From an uncultured Acidobacteriota bacterium (GTDB taxonomy: Bacteria; Acidobacteriota; UBA6911), in the NCBI GenBank assembly GCA_963827655.1, contig CAWHCF010000014.1:64001-128000 (forward strand): a stretch of 64,000 nt of DNA, given 5' to 3'. Below are positions 10,024 through 20,156 of this stretch, piece by piece (the first letter of the stretch is position 1; each line of letters opens with the position of its first letter). Position numbers and translations under genes: made by a program. The notes under the pieces were generated by a model. It made no database searches. It was not told the DNA's origin and saw only the letters and a program-made list of their open reading frames with translations.

Positions 10024-10466
10024 CTAACCACTCACCTCACCGGGAGCCGGCCAGACATCCATGCCTGCATGTCTCGCGGCACCCATCCTGATCGAAGGTG
10101 GCCAGCGTGACTGGCTCCGCCAGCGAATCCTGCCAGAGAAGAGCGCAGGCCAGGTGCACAGCGTCATAACCGCGCAGTTGATGCTCCCAGGCGAGCAAGT
10201 CGGCACGTTTCAACAACTATTCCGTCGACTCTGAGCCGGAACAAGGCGGGCCAGTGAGCACGAAACAGCTTCACAGAAGCCGACGCGTTGTCGGGGTCGA
10301 CAATCCCCATCCGCACTGCCCTGCAGATGGCTGCAGACACCTCCGCTCGGCTGATGAGCGCCGTACGCGCCAGATCCGCTGGCGCCAGCAGACTCTCCAC
10401 CTCCGGCGTTCCGGGTTCCACGACATAGCGCTTGACCAATGCACTGGAGTCTATGTAGAGGATCAC
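10024..10466 (-). CDS. vapC: VapC/PIN-domain toxin; apparent frameshifts near 10210 and 10090
   Basis: ILYIDSSALVKRYVVEPGT; the shifted frame gives LRGYDAVHLACAL...TLATFD. Confidence 0.85.
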
Positions 10467-10738
10467 CGTCGATCCTCGACCAGCAAAGCAGCGACCGAAT
10501 GGCCCTTTTTGACCCTGGTGACAGGCTTCATCGGCTTCAAACGCTTGCCATTCCAATCGGCTCGACCTGACTTCACCATTGCCACAAGCTTTTCATCCAG
10601 GGATTGAGCGTTGGGAACAAGCCTGCCAACCGCCTTTCCACGCTCGGTGATGATGATGCTCCTGCCGGCCTTGACCTGCCTCATATACTTGCTGAACTGC
10701 GCTTTCAGTTCGCGCACGCCAACGATTATTGCCGCCAT
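10463..10738 (-). CDS. Phd/YefM-family antitoxin
   Basis: VGVRELKAQFSKYMRQVKAGRSIIITERGKAVGRLVP; 4-bp overlap with vapC. Confidence 0.92.
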   Translation of the reverse strand: MAAIIVGVRELKAQFSKYMRQVKAGRSIIITERGKAVGRLVPNAQSLDEKLVAMVKSGRADWNGKRLKPMKPVTRVKKGHSVAALLVEDRR

Positions 10739-10760
10739 GCCGTCCTCCGTGAAGCCTGGA

Positions 10761-10795
10761 GACTACATTCTATATCCTGTGACTACATCCTTCAA
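10761..10795 (-). promoter_or_regulatory. Sigma70 promoter and direct-repeat operator of the phd-vapC operon
   Basis: TTGAAG (10795-10790)-N17-TAGAAT (10772-10767); GACTACAT repeated at 10761 and 10781. Confidence 0.7.
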
Positions 10796-10876
10796 TGGCG
10801 GTCACCTCGGGGCAGGGTGGCACGCGCTCCCGAACTGCGATCGCGTCGTGACCCGGTCGCTTCTTAGGCACTTCGA

Positions 10877-11342
10877 TCATTGGATCGTCAGCAAGAGCTC
10901 GAATCCGGCGATTTCGAAGTCCCGATCGAACGTTGCGACCTTGCTGCATTTCGCTGAATGCATCACGGCGAAGCTCACCGCATCGGTGTACGTAATGCTG
11001 TGACCGGCAAGTTTTTCGAGCCAGGCGCGCGCCGCGCCGGTGATGGGCGTCCCCCGGAAACTCGATTCTCACCAGGGGACTCGCTTCGATCCGATCGAGG
11101 GCGGCAAGCGCGGGGCGCATGCCTGCCCGGAACAGCAGGAGACGATGGACTTCAGCCAGCACCAGATTCGTGGTGAGAATCGTCATGCGCCTTTCGACCG
11201 CGCGTCGAAATGTCCTGTCAGCGTCGCTATGGTGTTGATCCCGGGCGCTGAAAAGGGCAATCCAGGCGCTGCTATCCACGAAGACGCGGTCTTCGCCGGC
11301 GCTTTGCCTTGCTTGAGTATGGCGCTTGCTTCTCGGCAACAA
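10877..11342 (-). CDS. vapC: Second VapC/PIN-domain toxin; apparent frameshift near 11035
   Basis: VFVDSSAWIAL...TTNLVLAEVH; the shifted frame gives SITYTDAVSFAVM...VATFDRDFEIAGF. Start codon uncertain (TTG after GGAG). Confidence 0.85.
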
Positions 11343-11562
11343 AACTCTCCTCGAGATAGTGGTCAAACCGCTCGCTGCAATCCGCGGGCAGGCCATCGAT
11401 CATCCCGCTGGCACTCAGTAGAGGATCCTGCTCATCGGAGTGAACGAGCGCACGGACCGCAGCCCGAATCGCCTGCGACTTTGTCCAGCCGTGTTCGCGA
11501 GCCCACGACTCCAGCCGCTCCAGCTCTACATCATCCATGTACACTTGCACTGGTTTGTTCAT
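11272..11562 (-). CDS. Ribbon-helix-helix (CopG-like) antitoxin
   Basis: KPVQVYMDDVELERLESWAREHGWTKSQAIRAAVRAL...SERFDHYL; upstream of and overlapping the PIN gene. Confidence 0.85.
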   Translation of the reverse strand: MNKPVQVYMDDVELERLESWAREHGWTKSQAIRAAVRALVHSDEQDPLLSASGMIDGLPADCSERFDHYLEESFVAEKQAPYSSKAKRRRRPRLRG

Positions 11563-11610
11563 GATTAGATAGGTTATCGATTCATGAACTATTTGTCAAT
11601 ATGATCATGA
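11559..11610 (-). promoter_or_regulatory. Sigma70 promoter (near-leaderless) with three TCATGA palindromes
   Basis: TTGACA (11599-11594)-N17-TAACCT (11576-11571), 8 nt before the ATG; TCATGA at 11559, 11582 and 11605. Confidence 0.72.
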
Positions 11611-11688
11611 GGGATGGGCAGCGCTGTTGGTTAGCGCTAACGAACAAATACCACCAAGCCGCGAAGACACGAAGAAACACTAAAGTCT

Positions 11689-12016
11689 TTACGGCTCCGG
11701 CCAGAGACCGATCGATGATCCGACCCACGAGAAGATCCGATTGTAATCGACGCCCATCATCAGCCCACGCGAAAGCCGGCATAAATTCTGAGCCAGAATC
11801 GGCGCGCGTTCGTCGTCGGGCCTCAGAAACATCATGCGAACCTCTACCTTCACCCCTTCGCCGTCGGCAGCTCGTAGAGCAGGGGCGTAAGTGATCTTCT
11901 CCTGGAGACACCAGCTCTGCTTCTCGTCGTCCGGAATCTTCTCAATGTCCTCAGGTTGAGGTTCGATTTTGACGCCTCCCCCCGCCAAACAACAGACCAA
12001 TTCTTTTCCTTGTCAT
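11689..12016 (-). pseudogene. Chimeric remnant: start of one gene (MTRKRIGLLFGG) joined out of frame to the C-terminal ~95 aa of a conserved ATP-grasp-like protein
   Basis: AAGGA RBS and ATG at 12016. The downstream frame reads AGGGVKIEP...LQEKITYAP...KVEVRMM...RLSRGLMMGVDYN...WVGSS. Confidence 0.65.
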
Positions 12017-12176
12017 GATTCCTTAATCGGATGTGCGGGGGCAAAGATTCCTGGTGTTTCTTCGTGTCTTTGCGTCCTGGCGTATTTATTTCGTTTAACC
12101 GCGAAGACACGAAGACGCCGAGGCGTGCGCCCAGGCATCGTATATAATTGCCCTCCTTTTGGCAATGGAGGTTGGG

Positions 12177-12887
12177 ATGCTTCGAGAGTACAGCAGCTGG
12201 ATCAGTTCGCGCTTGAATCGAAGAATGGAGTTCCTCTGGTTCGGCCATGGAGGAAGGCCCGTCCTCATCTTTCCAACTTCCATGGGGCGCTTCTATCAAA
12301 ACGAGGATTTCAGCCTGGTCGCGGCCCTCTCCGACAAAATCGAGCGCGGAGAGATTCAGGTCGTGTGCGCCGACTCAGTGGACGAAGAGAGCTGGTATAA
12401 CAAGTCGATTCACCCGGCGGACCGCGCTCGCAGGCACGACCAGTACGACGGCTACGTGCGCCACGAGATGATTCCCTACATCACGCACCGCTCGCAAAGA
12501 AACGATCTGGCGGCTTTCGGGGCGAGCTTCGGCGCCTACCACGCAGCCAATCTGGCAGCCCGTTATCCCGAGTCAATCGCGAAAGCGATCCTCTTTTCCG
12601 GACTCTACGATATCCACCGGTATGTCGATGGGTATTGGGACGACACCTGCTATTTTCACTGTCCTACGGCGTACATTCCGAATATGGATCAAGACTGGAC
12701 GGCGCGCCTGTCGGCAGTGGAGTGGGTGATCGCTACGGGAGAACACGACTCGCTCGTCGATGAGAATCGCCGTTTCTCCGCTCTCCTCCGGTCCAAGGGA
12801 ATTCCACATCACCCCGAATTCTGGCCCGGCGTCTTCGGCCACGATTGGTCCTGGTGGAAAGAGCACCTGATACGCTTTCTACCCTGA
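12177..12887 (+). CDS. Putative esterase (alpha/beta hydrolase)
   Basis: FGHGGRPVLIFPTSMGRFY, GASFG nucleophile elbow, HDWSWW. Confidence 0.9.
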   Translation: MLREYSSWISSRLNRRMEFLWFGHGGRPVLIFPTSMGRFYQNEDFSLVAALSDKIERGEIQVVCADSVDEESWYNKSIHPADRARRHDQYDGYVRHEMIPYITHRSQRNDLAAFGASFGAYHAANLAARYPESIAKAILFSGLYDIHRYVDGYWDDTCYFHCPTAYIPNMDQDWTARLSAVEWVIATGEHDSLVDENRRFSALLRSKGIPHHPEFWPGVFGHDWSWWKEHLIRFLP

Positions 12888-12943
12888 AGCCCGGAAGGAG
12901 AAGGAAGCGCGCGAACCCTCAACACCGCTCAAATTCCTGTTCG

Positions 12944-13351
12944 TCACTCGCTGCGCGCGTATTCGCTCTCTTCTTTCAGCAACCGCAAAAGGAGAATTCC
13001 CAGCGCAATCCCGAAGCTCAGATCGATCAGGCCGAAACCTAAATACGCCTTTGGAGCGTTGGCAAAGAACACCGGCCACAGCCAGAACACGCCGAACGAC
13101 AAATGCCCAAGCACCATAATCGTGGCGTTGTCTTTGTAGCGCAGAGGGTCAATCCCGGTTGGGAAATACATGAGGGACAGGAAGAACAGGAGCAGGCCGG
13201 CGTCGCGCAGCCAGACGGTCGGATATGCTGCCGGCAGGCGCATCAGCGAAAGCAGCCATAACGGGAAGAATACTGCCGGTATGGCAAAGCCCAGGTTGAC
13301 CAGAATCTTCAGCCATACGATTGGACAAAACCATTTCAGGTACTTGTTCAT
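12944..13351 (-). CDS. Small four-TM membrane protein of unknown function
   Basis: Four hydrophobic segments; co-oriented downstream of the cytochrome c gene. Confidence 0.75.
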   Translation of the reverse strand: MNKYLKWFCPIVWLKILVNLGFAIPAVFFPLWLLSLMRLPAAYPTVWLRDAGLLLFFLSLMYFPTGIDPLRYKDNATIMVLGHLSFGVFWLWPVFFANAPKAYLGFGLIDLSFGIALGILLLRLLKEESEYARSE

Positions 13352-13422
13352 GCGCGTTCCTTTCTGACCTGCTGCCATGGCCTCTTGCGTGACCGTGTGG
13401 ATCGGGCGGCTCGCAATGATTG

Positions 13423-14940
13423 CTAAAGCGTCTTTAGATATTCGATCAGCGCTCGCTTTTCCACGTCGCTCAATTCGGTTCCGTAACGCGCGCCGCTGTG
13501 ACCGCTGTTGCTATTGCCGGGCTCGGTGATGTCGAAGAGAAAAGACTTTCGACCATCGACCTGGCTCACGTCAGTTCGGAATCCCACGTCCACGGTGTCA
13601 TAAACTCCGTGTCCGGTGTAGAAGGTCTTATTGCCCTTGTTGCGCCGATCGGCCGGGGTCAGCAGGTCCCACAGAGTCGGGACCGAACCATTGTGCAAAT
13701 AAGGCGCGCGAGCCCAGATCCCATCAAGCGGCGCCGACGTATACCCGTCAGTCTTCTTGAAATTCTTAAACTCCCACTCATAACCTTTGCCGTAGTCGAG
13801 CTGCAAAGCCACCAATTTCTCAGTGTAAGAGTTCAATCGGTACGGGTCGGTTTGGATCTCCGCCAAAGGTATGACCTGACCGATGTAACGACCTCCGGCA
13901 CCGTGGCACTCGGCGCAGTATTGCCTATAGACCTTTTCGCCGCGGGCGACCGCCTGCGGGTCATCGGTCCGGCCGAATGGGTACGGCGGCGGAGGGAATG
14001 TCCTGAGCCACTGCGCGATTCTATCGATCGACTCGCTTGCCACATTCTCGCGCGTTGCCCCGGCGCCGAAGGCCGCGCTGAAATTGCGCTCTCGCACCGA
14101 TGAGTTATTGCCATCCCAATGAAGGTTCATCCCTTCGCGCATCTTCTGGTCCCAGATAGACGGAAAATCGGCGGTGCCTACTATTTCAGCGTCAGGAAAC
14201 ACGTAATCGCGATAGGACTCGGCGAATTGGTTGGTCTTGTACGGGTTAAACGTATCTACTCGCCCGGGGCCAAACTTCGGACGGCCCGGGCCGCTGAAGA
14301 CACTCAACTGAGCCTGGCGTTTCAACAGTCCCGACTGGACTGAAGGAATGGCGTTGCTGTAAAGAAGCCGATCCAGAAAAAACAGTCTGCCGTCCTTTTC
14401 GATCTCCGCCAATAGGTTGTCTGAAGTGAATCTATTGTCGCCGGCACAAGCAAAGAGAAAGGTGAAGAATGCCTGCAGATTGACTGTGTTGGCGGGCATC
14501 CCTGGATAAACTTTAGGCTGAGAGTGCTCCGATTCGCGAACCGAACCGGTGTGACAGATAGCGCAGTTAAAGCCCACGACGTCGACCAAACGTCGGCGTT
14601 TTGAAAATCCTATTGGCATCTCCTTGCCGGGCTCCATGATGAAGCCGAAGGCAGTGTAGTCACGGGGTGCGCCCTCAGGGAGGTATTCGGGAAACATGCG
14701 CGGCAGGACCTTCAGAAGCCGCAACGGAAAGCCGTTTTCGACATCGCTGCCAATTGAGCCATACTTGAAATGGTCGAGGATGTTGGAATAAGTCACCGGC
14801 CGATTCGGGGAATAGCGATAGGACAGGAACGCCACTATGGCGAGGAACAGAATTGCAACCAGAATGCGCCGCCTCAGTATTCGCTTCCTGAGCTCCCTTT
14901 CGACCGGGGTGAGGGGTTCTTCGTATTTCGGCGTTTTCAT
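13423..14940 (-). CDS. Membrane-anchored diheme c-type cytochrome, RoxA/MauG-like
   Basis: N-terminal TM; CAICH and CAECH; LDGIWARAPYLHNGSVPTLWDLL; GNSNSGH; LIEYLKTL. Confidence 0.85.
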   Translation of the reverse strand: MKTPKYEEPLTPVERELRKRILRRRILVAILFLAIVAFLSYRYSPNRPVTYSNILDHFKYGSIGSDVENGFPLRLLKVLPRMFPEYLPEGAPRDYTAFGFIMEPGKEMPIGFSKRRRLVDVVGFNCAICHTGSVRESEHSQPKVYPGMPANTVNLQAFFTFLFACAGDNRFTSDNLLAEIEKDGRLFFLDRLLYSNAIPSVQSGLLKRQAQLSVFSGPGRPKFGPGRVDTFNPYKTNQFAESYRDYVFPDAEIVGTADFPSIWDQKMREGMNLHWDGNNSSVRERNFSAAFGAGATRENVASESIDRIAQWLRTFPPPPYPFGRTDDPQAVARGEKVYRQYCAECHGAGGRYIGQVIPLAEIQTDPYRLNSYTEKLVALQLDYGKGYEWEFKNFKKTDGYTSAPLDGIWARAPYLHNGSVPTLWDLLTPADRRNKGNKTFYTGHGVYDTVDVGFRTDVSQVDGRKSFLFDITEPGNSNSGHSGARYGTELSDVEKRALIEYLKTL

Positions 14941-15014
14941 GACTCTTGTCTCCAGGTTGCAAGTCTAAACAACATCCCAGCGCGCCGGTTGACTGCGATC
15001 GTTTTCGCCGGCAA

Positions 15015-16361
15015 TTACGGAAAAGGCTTAGGCTCGAAGACGGTCATTACTTCCTCGATCATTGCTTCGTAATCGCCGTCATATCTGGAGAGCTCGTAAC
15101 ACCCGAGCGGATTCTCGAGCACGTTCATCAGGCACTTGTTGCAATAGGTGCATCGTTTCTTCTCGGGAATCTCTTCCCCGCGCTCGAAGTACTTCACCAT
15201 CTCGTTGTTGGCTACCAGCGGCCGCGCGATCGAAACCGCATCACAGTCGCCGCTTTCGATCACGCGGCAGATCCTGCTCGCCGTCTGGAATCCTCCGGTG
15301 CATATGACCGGCACATCCTTAGTGATCTCCCGAACGCCGGCTCGGACCGCGCGCGCGTCCGCAGCATTCGCGCCTTCGATTCTTTCCAGGCGCTCCTGGC
15401 TGCGGTGCCACATGTATTTGAACAACGGTTGCAAAAGCCGGTTGCGAAAGAAGAGGTAATTCCGATGTGTATGCACGCCGTTGGACAGCATGCCGTCATA
15501 CCATTTCACAGCCTCCTTGATCGGGAAGCCCCCCATCGGATTGCGAGGATGAGGAAACATGTCGCCGGTAGAAACATGAATTGCATCCACGCCGTCCTCA
15601 ACCAGCCATCTGCAGACTTGAACGGATTCGGCGAGCGTGTTGCCCTTCTTCTCCCAGATGAAAACGGCGTTGTTGTGATCAACCGCGCTGATCTTCATCT
15701 GGAGGTGAAAGTCGCCGCCAACCTTCTTGCGAATGGCACGAACAACTTCGCGGACGAAGCGGGCGCGATTCTCGAGCGGGCCTCCATATTGATCTCTTCT
15801 GTCGTTGATGGCAGAACTCAGAAACTGAGTGATCAGGTACCCGTTGGCCCCGTGAAGCTCCACTCCGTCAAGTCCGGCCTCGCGCGCGCGCCGCGCTCCC
15901 TCAGCAAAGTCGGCAACCGTCTGTTGTATGTCCTCGACGGTCATCGCGCGAGACAGGAGTCCATGAAAGGACTCGACCTTACCGGTCGCGCTCAAGGCTC
16001 CACGGTATTGATTCTCGACGCCGGCCAGGTCCTGTTGCCGTCCGGAGTGGCTGAGCTGGAGTATGAACTTGCAACCATGCCGGTGAACCGCATCGCCCAG
16101 GGCTTTCCAGAAAGCGATGTTGTCGTCGCGGTCAATCGTGGCGTAATTGGGAACAATACGGCCACGAATGCTGACCGGCGCGAAAGAACTGATGATTGCG
16201 CCCACGCCTCCGCGCGCGAATTTGACTTCCCAGTTAATGCGAGCCTGGGTACCAGAGCCATCATAATTGTCGAATCTTCCGGAAATATTTGAACGGAATA
16301 TCCGGTTCTTCACCGTGAGGTTGCGGAAGCGCAGTTCCTGAAAGATTGTATCGAATCTCAT
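15015..16361 (-). CDS. NADH:flavin oxidoreductase (Old Yellow Enzyme family)
   Basis: KNRIFRS, LQLSHSGRQ, ELHGANGYLITQFLS, NDRRDQYGG and C-terminal CTYCNKC. Confidence 0.92.
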   Translation of the reverse strand: MRFDTIFQELRFRNLTVKNRIFRSNISGRFDNYDGSGTQARINWEVKFARGGVGAIISSFAPVSIRGRIVPNYATIDRDDNIAFWKALGDAVHRHGCKFILQLSHSGRQQDLAGVENQYRGALSATGKVESFHGLLSRAMTVEDIQQTVADFAEGARRAREAGLDGVELHGANGYLITQFLSSAINDRRDQYGGPLENRARFVREVVRAIRKKVGGDFHLQMKISAVDHNNAVFIWEKKGNTLAESVQVCRWLVEDGVDAIHVSTGDMFPHPRNPMGGFPIKEAVKWYDGMLSNGVHTHRNYLFFRNRLLQPLFKYMWHRSQERLERIEGANAADARAVRAGVREITKDVPVICTGGFQTASRICRVIESGDCDAVSIARPLVANNEMVKYFERGEEIPEKKRCTYCNKCLMNVLENPLGCYELSRYDGDYEAMIEEVMTVFEPKPFP

Positions 16362-16529
16362 AGCCACCTCTCTCGAAGACATGGTTTCAAATCTCATCGA
16401 CTTGCGCCAACAGTTCGCCTTGAGACAGAACGATAACACCTAGTCCTTTGGCATATAGAGTACACGCTTTCACAAACACAGTATCCTATTCTCGGTGGCT
16501 TGCTGGGTGTGCAAACCCTGGTCGCGTGA

Positions 16530-16580
16530 GGCGAGGCAAGCTTTGCCAAACTAAGGCGGTAGCAAGCTACTGCACTCCAA
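16530..16580 (-). repeat. REP-like element, copy 1 (TTGGAGTGC...AGCTTGCT family)
   Basis: Reverse complement aligns without gaps to 31293-31343. Confidence 0.75.
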
Positions 16581-16817
16581 GGGAGCGCGTTTGCTTGCTT
16601 GCGACTTGCGCTGCGACAGCTTGCTACCGCGCCACAGATCGCCAAACGACACGGCTACAGAAACACCAATACGCACTTTGATTGCGGCACTCGACCGGCT
16701 GCGTTGACGTGCCGGCCTTGGCGTCGAGTAGAAAAGTTATCGTATCCGTGCTTCTCTCGTGGCAGAATACGACATAGTCTGGTCGATCCGATTTCGAACA
16801 ACAGGGAGACAAAACCC

Positions 16818-18032
16818 ATGAAGAATTCCTTGAATCGTCGACGGTTCATCGCAGGAATGGGAGCCACCGGCCTGGGAATCCTCACCGCCGGATCCTGGTC
16901 CAGGGTCCTTGGGGCCAACGATCGCATTGTCATGGGAATCCTGGGGGCCGGAGGCCGGGGACGTGGAGTAATGCGAATTTTTCTGAAGAATCCCGGAGTA
17001 GAGTTTGCTGCCGTCTGTGACGTCTACGAACACAATATCGGCGAGGGTATGAAAATCGCCGGCGACAAGGCCAGAAGCACCTACGAATACCGGGAGGTTC
17101 TCGACTCCAAAGATATCCAGGCCCTGCTCATCGCGACGCCCGACCACTGGCATGGCCCGATGCTTTTGGATGCGCTCGACGCCGGCAAAGATGTCTACCT
17201 GGAAAAGCCGATGTCCCACTCCATCAAGGAAGGGACCAGGATGGTGAAGAGAACGCGCGAGACCAAGCAAATTGTACAGATCGGCATGCAGCGGCGCAGT
17301 TCCCCGGCAGTCCAGGAAGCAAAGAAGCTCGTCGATGACGGAACCTTGGGAGACGTAGTCCTGGCCAAGGCACAGTGGCACTGGAACCGGAATCCGCTGC
17401 CCAAGAATGTTGAGCTCAAAGGAAAACTGGACTGGGATCGATTCGAGGCCCCGTGCAAGAATAAGCGACCCGTGGATCCTGTCCGATTCTCGGTATGGCG
17501 CAACTTCTGGGACTATTCCGGTGGGCATTGCACGGATCAGGGCACACACCTGATGGACGTGATCCAGTGGTTCCTCAATGAGGGGAACCCGCCACTCACG
17601 GCCCAATGCCATGGCGCCACATACAACCTGATCGGAGCGGAGGTGCCTGACACATTCTGCGCCGTTTACGAGTACCCCAAGTTTCTTGCCACCTGGACCC
17701 TGACGTACGGAAACTCCTATCATGACGGTTGGACCATCATCTTTCAGGGACGAAAGGGAACCATGGAGCTTGACGACCGCGGCTATCGAGTCTTTGCAGA
17801 GCCCTGGCCCAAGGACGGCCGGCAACCTGAACCTACCCTGGAGTACAAGGGTGGCATACCTACGGAACCGCACGTCGAAAACTTCCTCGAATGCGTGCGC
17901 AGCCGCAAGGAACCCAACGCGCCCGTGGAAGTGGGTCACCACGCCGTATGCGGCCCCCATCTCGCCAACATTTCATTGCACCGCAAGAAACGCGCCAAGC
18001 TCAATCCGGAGGCTAGCAAGGTTGAGACTTGA
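16818..18032 (+). CDS. Gfo/Idh/MocA oxidoreductase with Tat signal
   Basis: [24 protein letters not shown] and DVYLEKP motifs. Confidence 0.92.
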   Translation: MKNSLNRRRFIAGMGATGLGILTAGSWSRVLGANDRIVMGILGAGGRGRGVMRIFLKNPGVEFAAVCDVYEHNIGEGMKIAGDKARSTYEYREVLDSKDIQALLIATPDHWHGPMLLDALDAGKDVYLEKPMSHSIKEGTRMVKRTRETKQIVQIGMQRRSSPAVQEAKKLVDDGTLGDVVLAKAQWHWNRNPLPKNVELKGKLDWDRFEAPCKNKRPVDPVRFSVWRNFWDYSGGHCTDQGTHLMDVIQWFLNEGNPPLTAQCHGATYNLIGAEVPDTFCAVYEYPKFLATWTLTYGNSYHDGWTIIFQGRKGTMELDDRGYRVFAEPWPKDGRQPEPTLEYKGGIPTEPHVENFLECVRSRKEPNAPVEVGHHAVCGPHLANISLHRKKRAKLNPEASKVET

Positions 18033-18044
18033 AAAGCGCTCTCC

Positions 18045-19187
18045 ATGTGGCCGCTGAACCATAGAGCGGGCAAGGGGCTGCTTCTGATCGTGGTGATTGC
18101 GACAGCGGCAGTCCTTTACAACCCGCTCGCCCAACTCTTTCTTGCCGGCCGGTTGCTCCTTGCCGTCAGGGAAGTCGTGGCCGGTGACACCGGGACCAGT
18201 CTTGCCGTAAAGGAAACTAAAGTTCAGCGGTCGATGGGCAGCGAGAAACTGGAAGGGATTCTCTACGAGCCTTCCCGATCGAGACCGAGGTCCGGAGTAC
18301 TGCTGATCGCCGGAGTGAGCGAGCTTGGTTGCTATCACCCGCGCCTGGTGGCCATGTCCCGGACTCTGGCCGCCAAAGGATTCTTGGTAGTGACCCCGGA
18401 CATCGCGATGTTTCGGCAGTTCAAGGTCACGCCCGCGGTTCTGGACGAGATTGCATTCTGGTATACCGAGACGCGCGACCTGGCCGCCAGCAGGAAGATC
18501 GAGCGCATCGGAATCGCCGGAATCTCCTTCTCCGCGACTCTGGCGCTGATCGCGGCCGCACAACCTCAGGCTCGCGACACCGCCGGGTTCGTTCTGGGAA
18601 TCGGGGCCTACGACGACCTGCGTCGCTGCAGCCGCCAGTGGTTCTCGAGCTCTCAGGCCGGCGCGGGAGAGGGTTACTATCCAGTGCGTTTCTATGCAAA
18701 ATGGATCCTCATGCTTGCGGCACTGGACATGCTGGACGCGGATGAGGATCGAAAGTTCCTTCAAGAGGTCCTGCTCAGTCTATTGCTGCAGCGGCCCGTG
18801 ACGCAGGCGCCCGATAACCTGACCAGCGAGGGACGGCGCTGGCAGCGCCTCGCCGTGATGCCGGAGAACGAGTCGGATCCCGAGCTCGTCGCAGCGATCG
18901 AGAATTACCTGGCTCCGCGCCTTTACCGTCAGCTCTCTCCGGACCTGGCCGCAGCCGAAGTGCGTTGCCCCGTATTCCTCGTGCATGGAGCTTACGACGA
19001 TCTGATTCCTCCGACGGAAAGTGAAGCATTGAAAAAAAGGATACGGCGCGCGAAATCCTACATCCTCATCAGTCCGTTTCTTACCCATACCCATCCATTG
19101 CAAAGGACGCTGAGCTGGAGCGAAAAGAGCTCTGCCCTTCTGGACATGCTTGGGTTTTTCTACAATCTCGCCGGAGTAGTCCGGTAG
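18045..19187 (+). CDS. Membrane-anchored alpha/beta hydrolase-fold protein
   Basis: N-terminal TM, GISFSA elbow, VFLVHGAYDDLIP. Confidence 0.75.
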   Translation: MWPLNHRAGKGLLLIVVIATAAVLYNPLAQLFLAGRLLLAVREVVAGDTGTSLAVKETKVQRSMGSEKLEGILYEPSRSRPRSGVLLIAGVSELGCYHPRLVAMSRTLAAKGFLVVTPDIAMFRQFKVTPAVLDEIAFWYTETRDLAASRKIERIGIAGISFSATLALIAAAQPQARDTAGFVLGIGAYDDLRRCSRQWFSSSQAGAGEGYYPVRFYAKWILMLAALDMLDADEDRKFLQEVLLSLLLQRPVTQAPDNLTSEGRRWQRLAVMPENESDPELVAAIENYLAPRLYRQLSPDLAAAEVRCPVFLVHGAYDDLIPPTESEALKKRIRRAKSYILISPFLTHTHPLQRTLSWSEKSSALLDMLGFFYNLAGVVR

Positions 19188-19205
19188 TTCATCTCGGAGG
19201 TCGCC

Positions 19206-20120
19206 ATGCCGGCCCAAGGACGCTTGATTGCCTTCGCCTTGTTTTTAGCGCTTTTTAACATCAGTTGGGACGATTCAGGCTGGCCCAGACTGAACTATTC
19301 ACCGGTCCCCGATTGGCCTCACCTGCCCGAAGGATGGAATTTTGGTGAGGTTCCGGCGGTGGCGCTCGATGCCTCGGAAAACGTCTATGTTTTCAACCGC
19401 GGCCCGCATCCGCTGATTCAATTCTCCAACAGCGGCAAATTCGTGCGCTCGTTGCTGGAAGGAATGGTCACGTCCGCTCATGGACTGAGGATCGACCACG
19501 AAGGGAACATCTGGGCCGTGGACCACAGAGGTCACACCGTGCTCAAGCTCAATCCGGCCGGCCGCGTCGTGATGGTCCTGGGCCGGAAAGACCAGGCAGG
19601 TACAGATGAAACCCATTTCAACCAGCCTACGGACGTAGCGGTGGCACCCAATGGCGATTTCTATGTCACCGACGGATACGGGAACTCACGCGTGATGAAG
19701 TTTGCCAAAGATGGAAAACTCCTTCATCAGTGGGGAAAGAAAGGAACCGGCGAAGGAGAATTCAATCTGCCGCACTCGGTCATCCTGGATGGAGAAGGCC
19801 AGGTGTATGTGGCCGATCGTGAGAACAATCGAATCCAGGTATTCACTCCCGACGGGCGTTTCCTCCGGCAGCTAACTGACCTGGGTTCGCCGTGGGGCCT
19901 TGCCCTGACGCGCGATCAGGAGATTTTTATGGCGGACGGGCGAAACAACCGGGTGGTGAAGCTGACGCGTGAAGGCAGGATACTGGGCGGCTTCGGTTCG
20001 CCGGGCAAGAAGCCGGGTGAGTTTGCCTACGCCCATCACCTCGCCGTCAGTCCAAGCGGCGAGGTCTATGTTGCTGAGATTTTGAACTGGAGGGTCCAGA
20101 AGTTCCTGCCCAGGAGGTAG
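19206..20120 (+). CDS. NHL-repeat protein (peptidyl-alpha-hydroxyglycine lyase-like)
   Basis: Signal peptide; FNQPTDVAV, DGYGNSRV, FNLPHSV and YVADRENNRIQVF. Confidence 0.9.
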   Translation: MPAQGRLIAFALFLALFNISWDDSGWPRLNYSPVPDWPHLPEGWNFGEVPAVALDASENVYVFNRGPHPLIQFSNSGKFVRSLLEGMVTSAHGLRIDHEGNIWAVDHRGHTVLKLNPAGRVVMVLGRKDQAGTDETHFNQPTDVAVAPNGDFYVTDGYGNSRVMKFAKDGKLLHQWGKKGTGEGEFNLPHSVILDGEGQVYVADRENNRIQVFTPDGRFLRQLTDLGSPWGLALTRDQEIFMADGRNNRVVKLTREGRILGGFGSPGKKPGEFAYAHHLAVSPSGEVYVAEILNWRVQKFLPRR

Positions 20121-20156
20121 CGGGCTTCCGGCATGACGCGAAAGCGCCATGAAACG

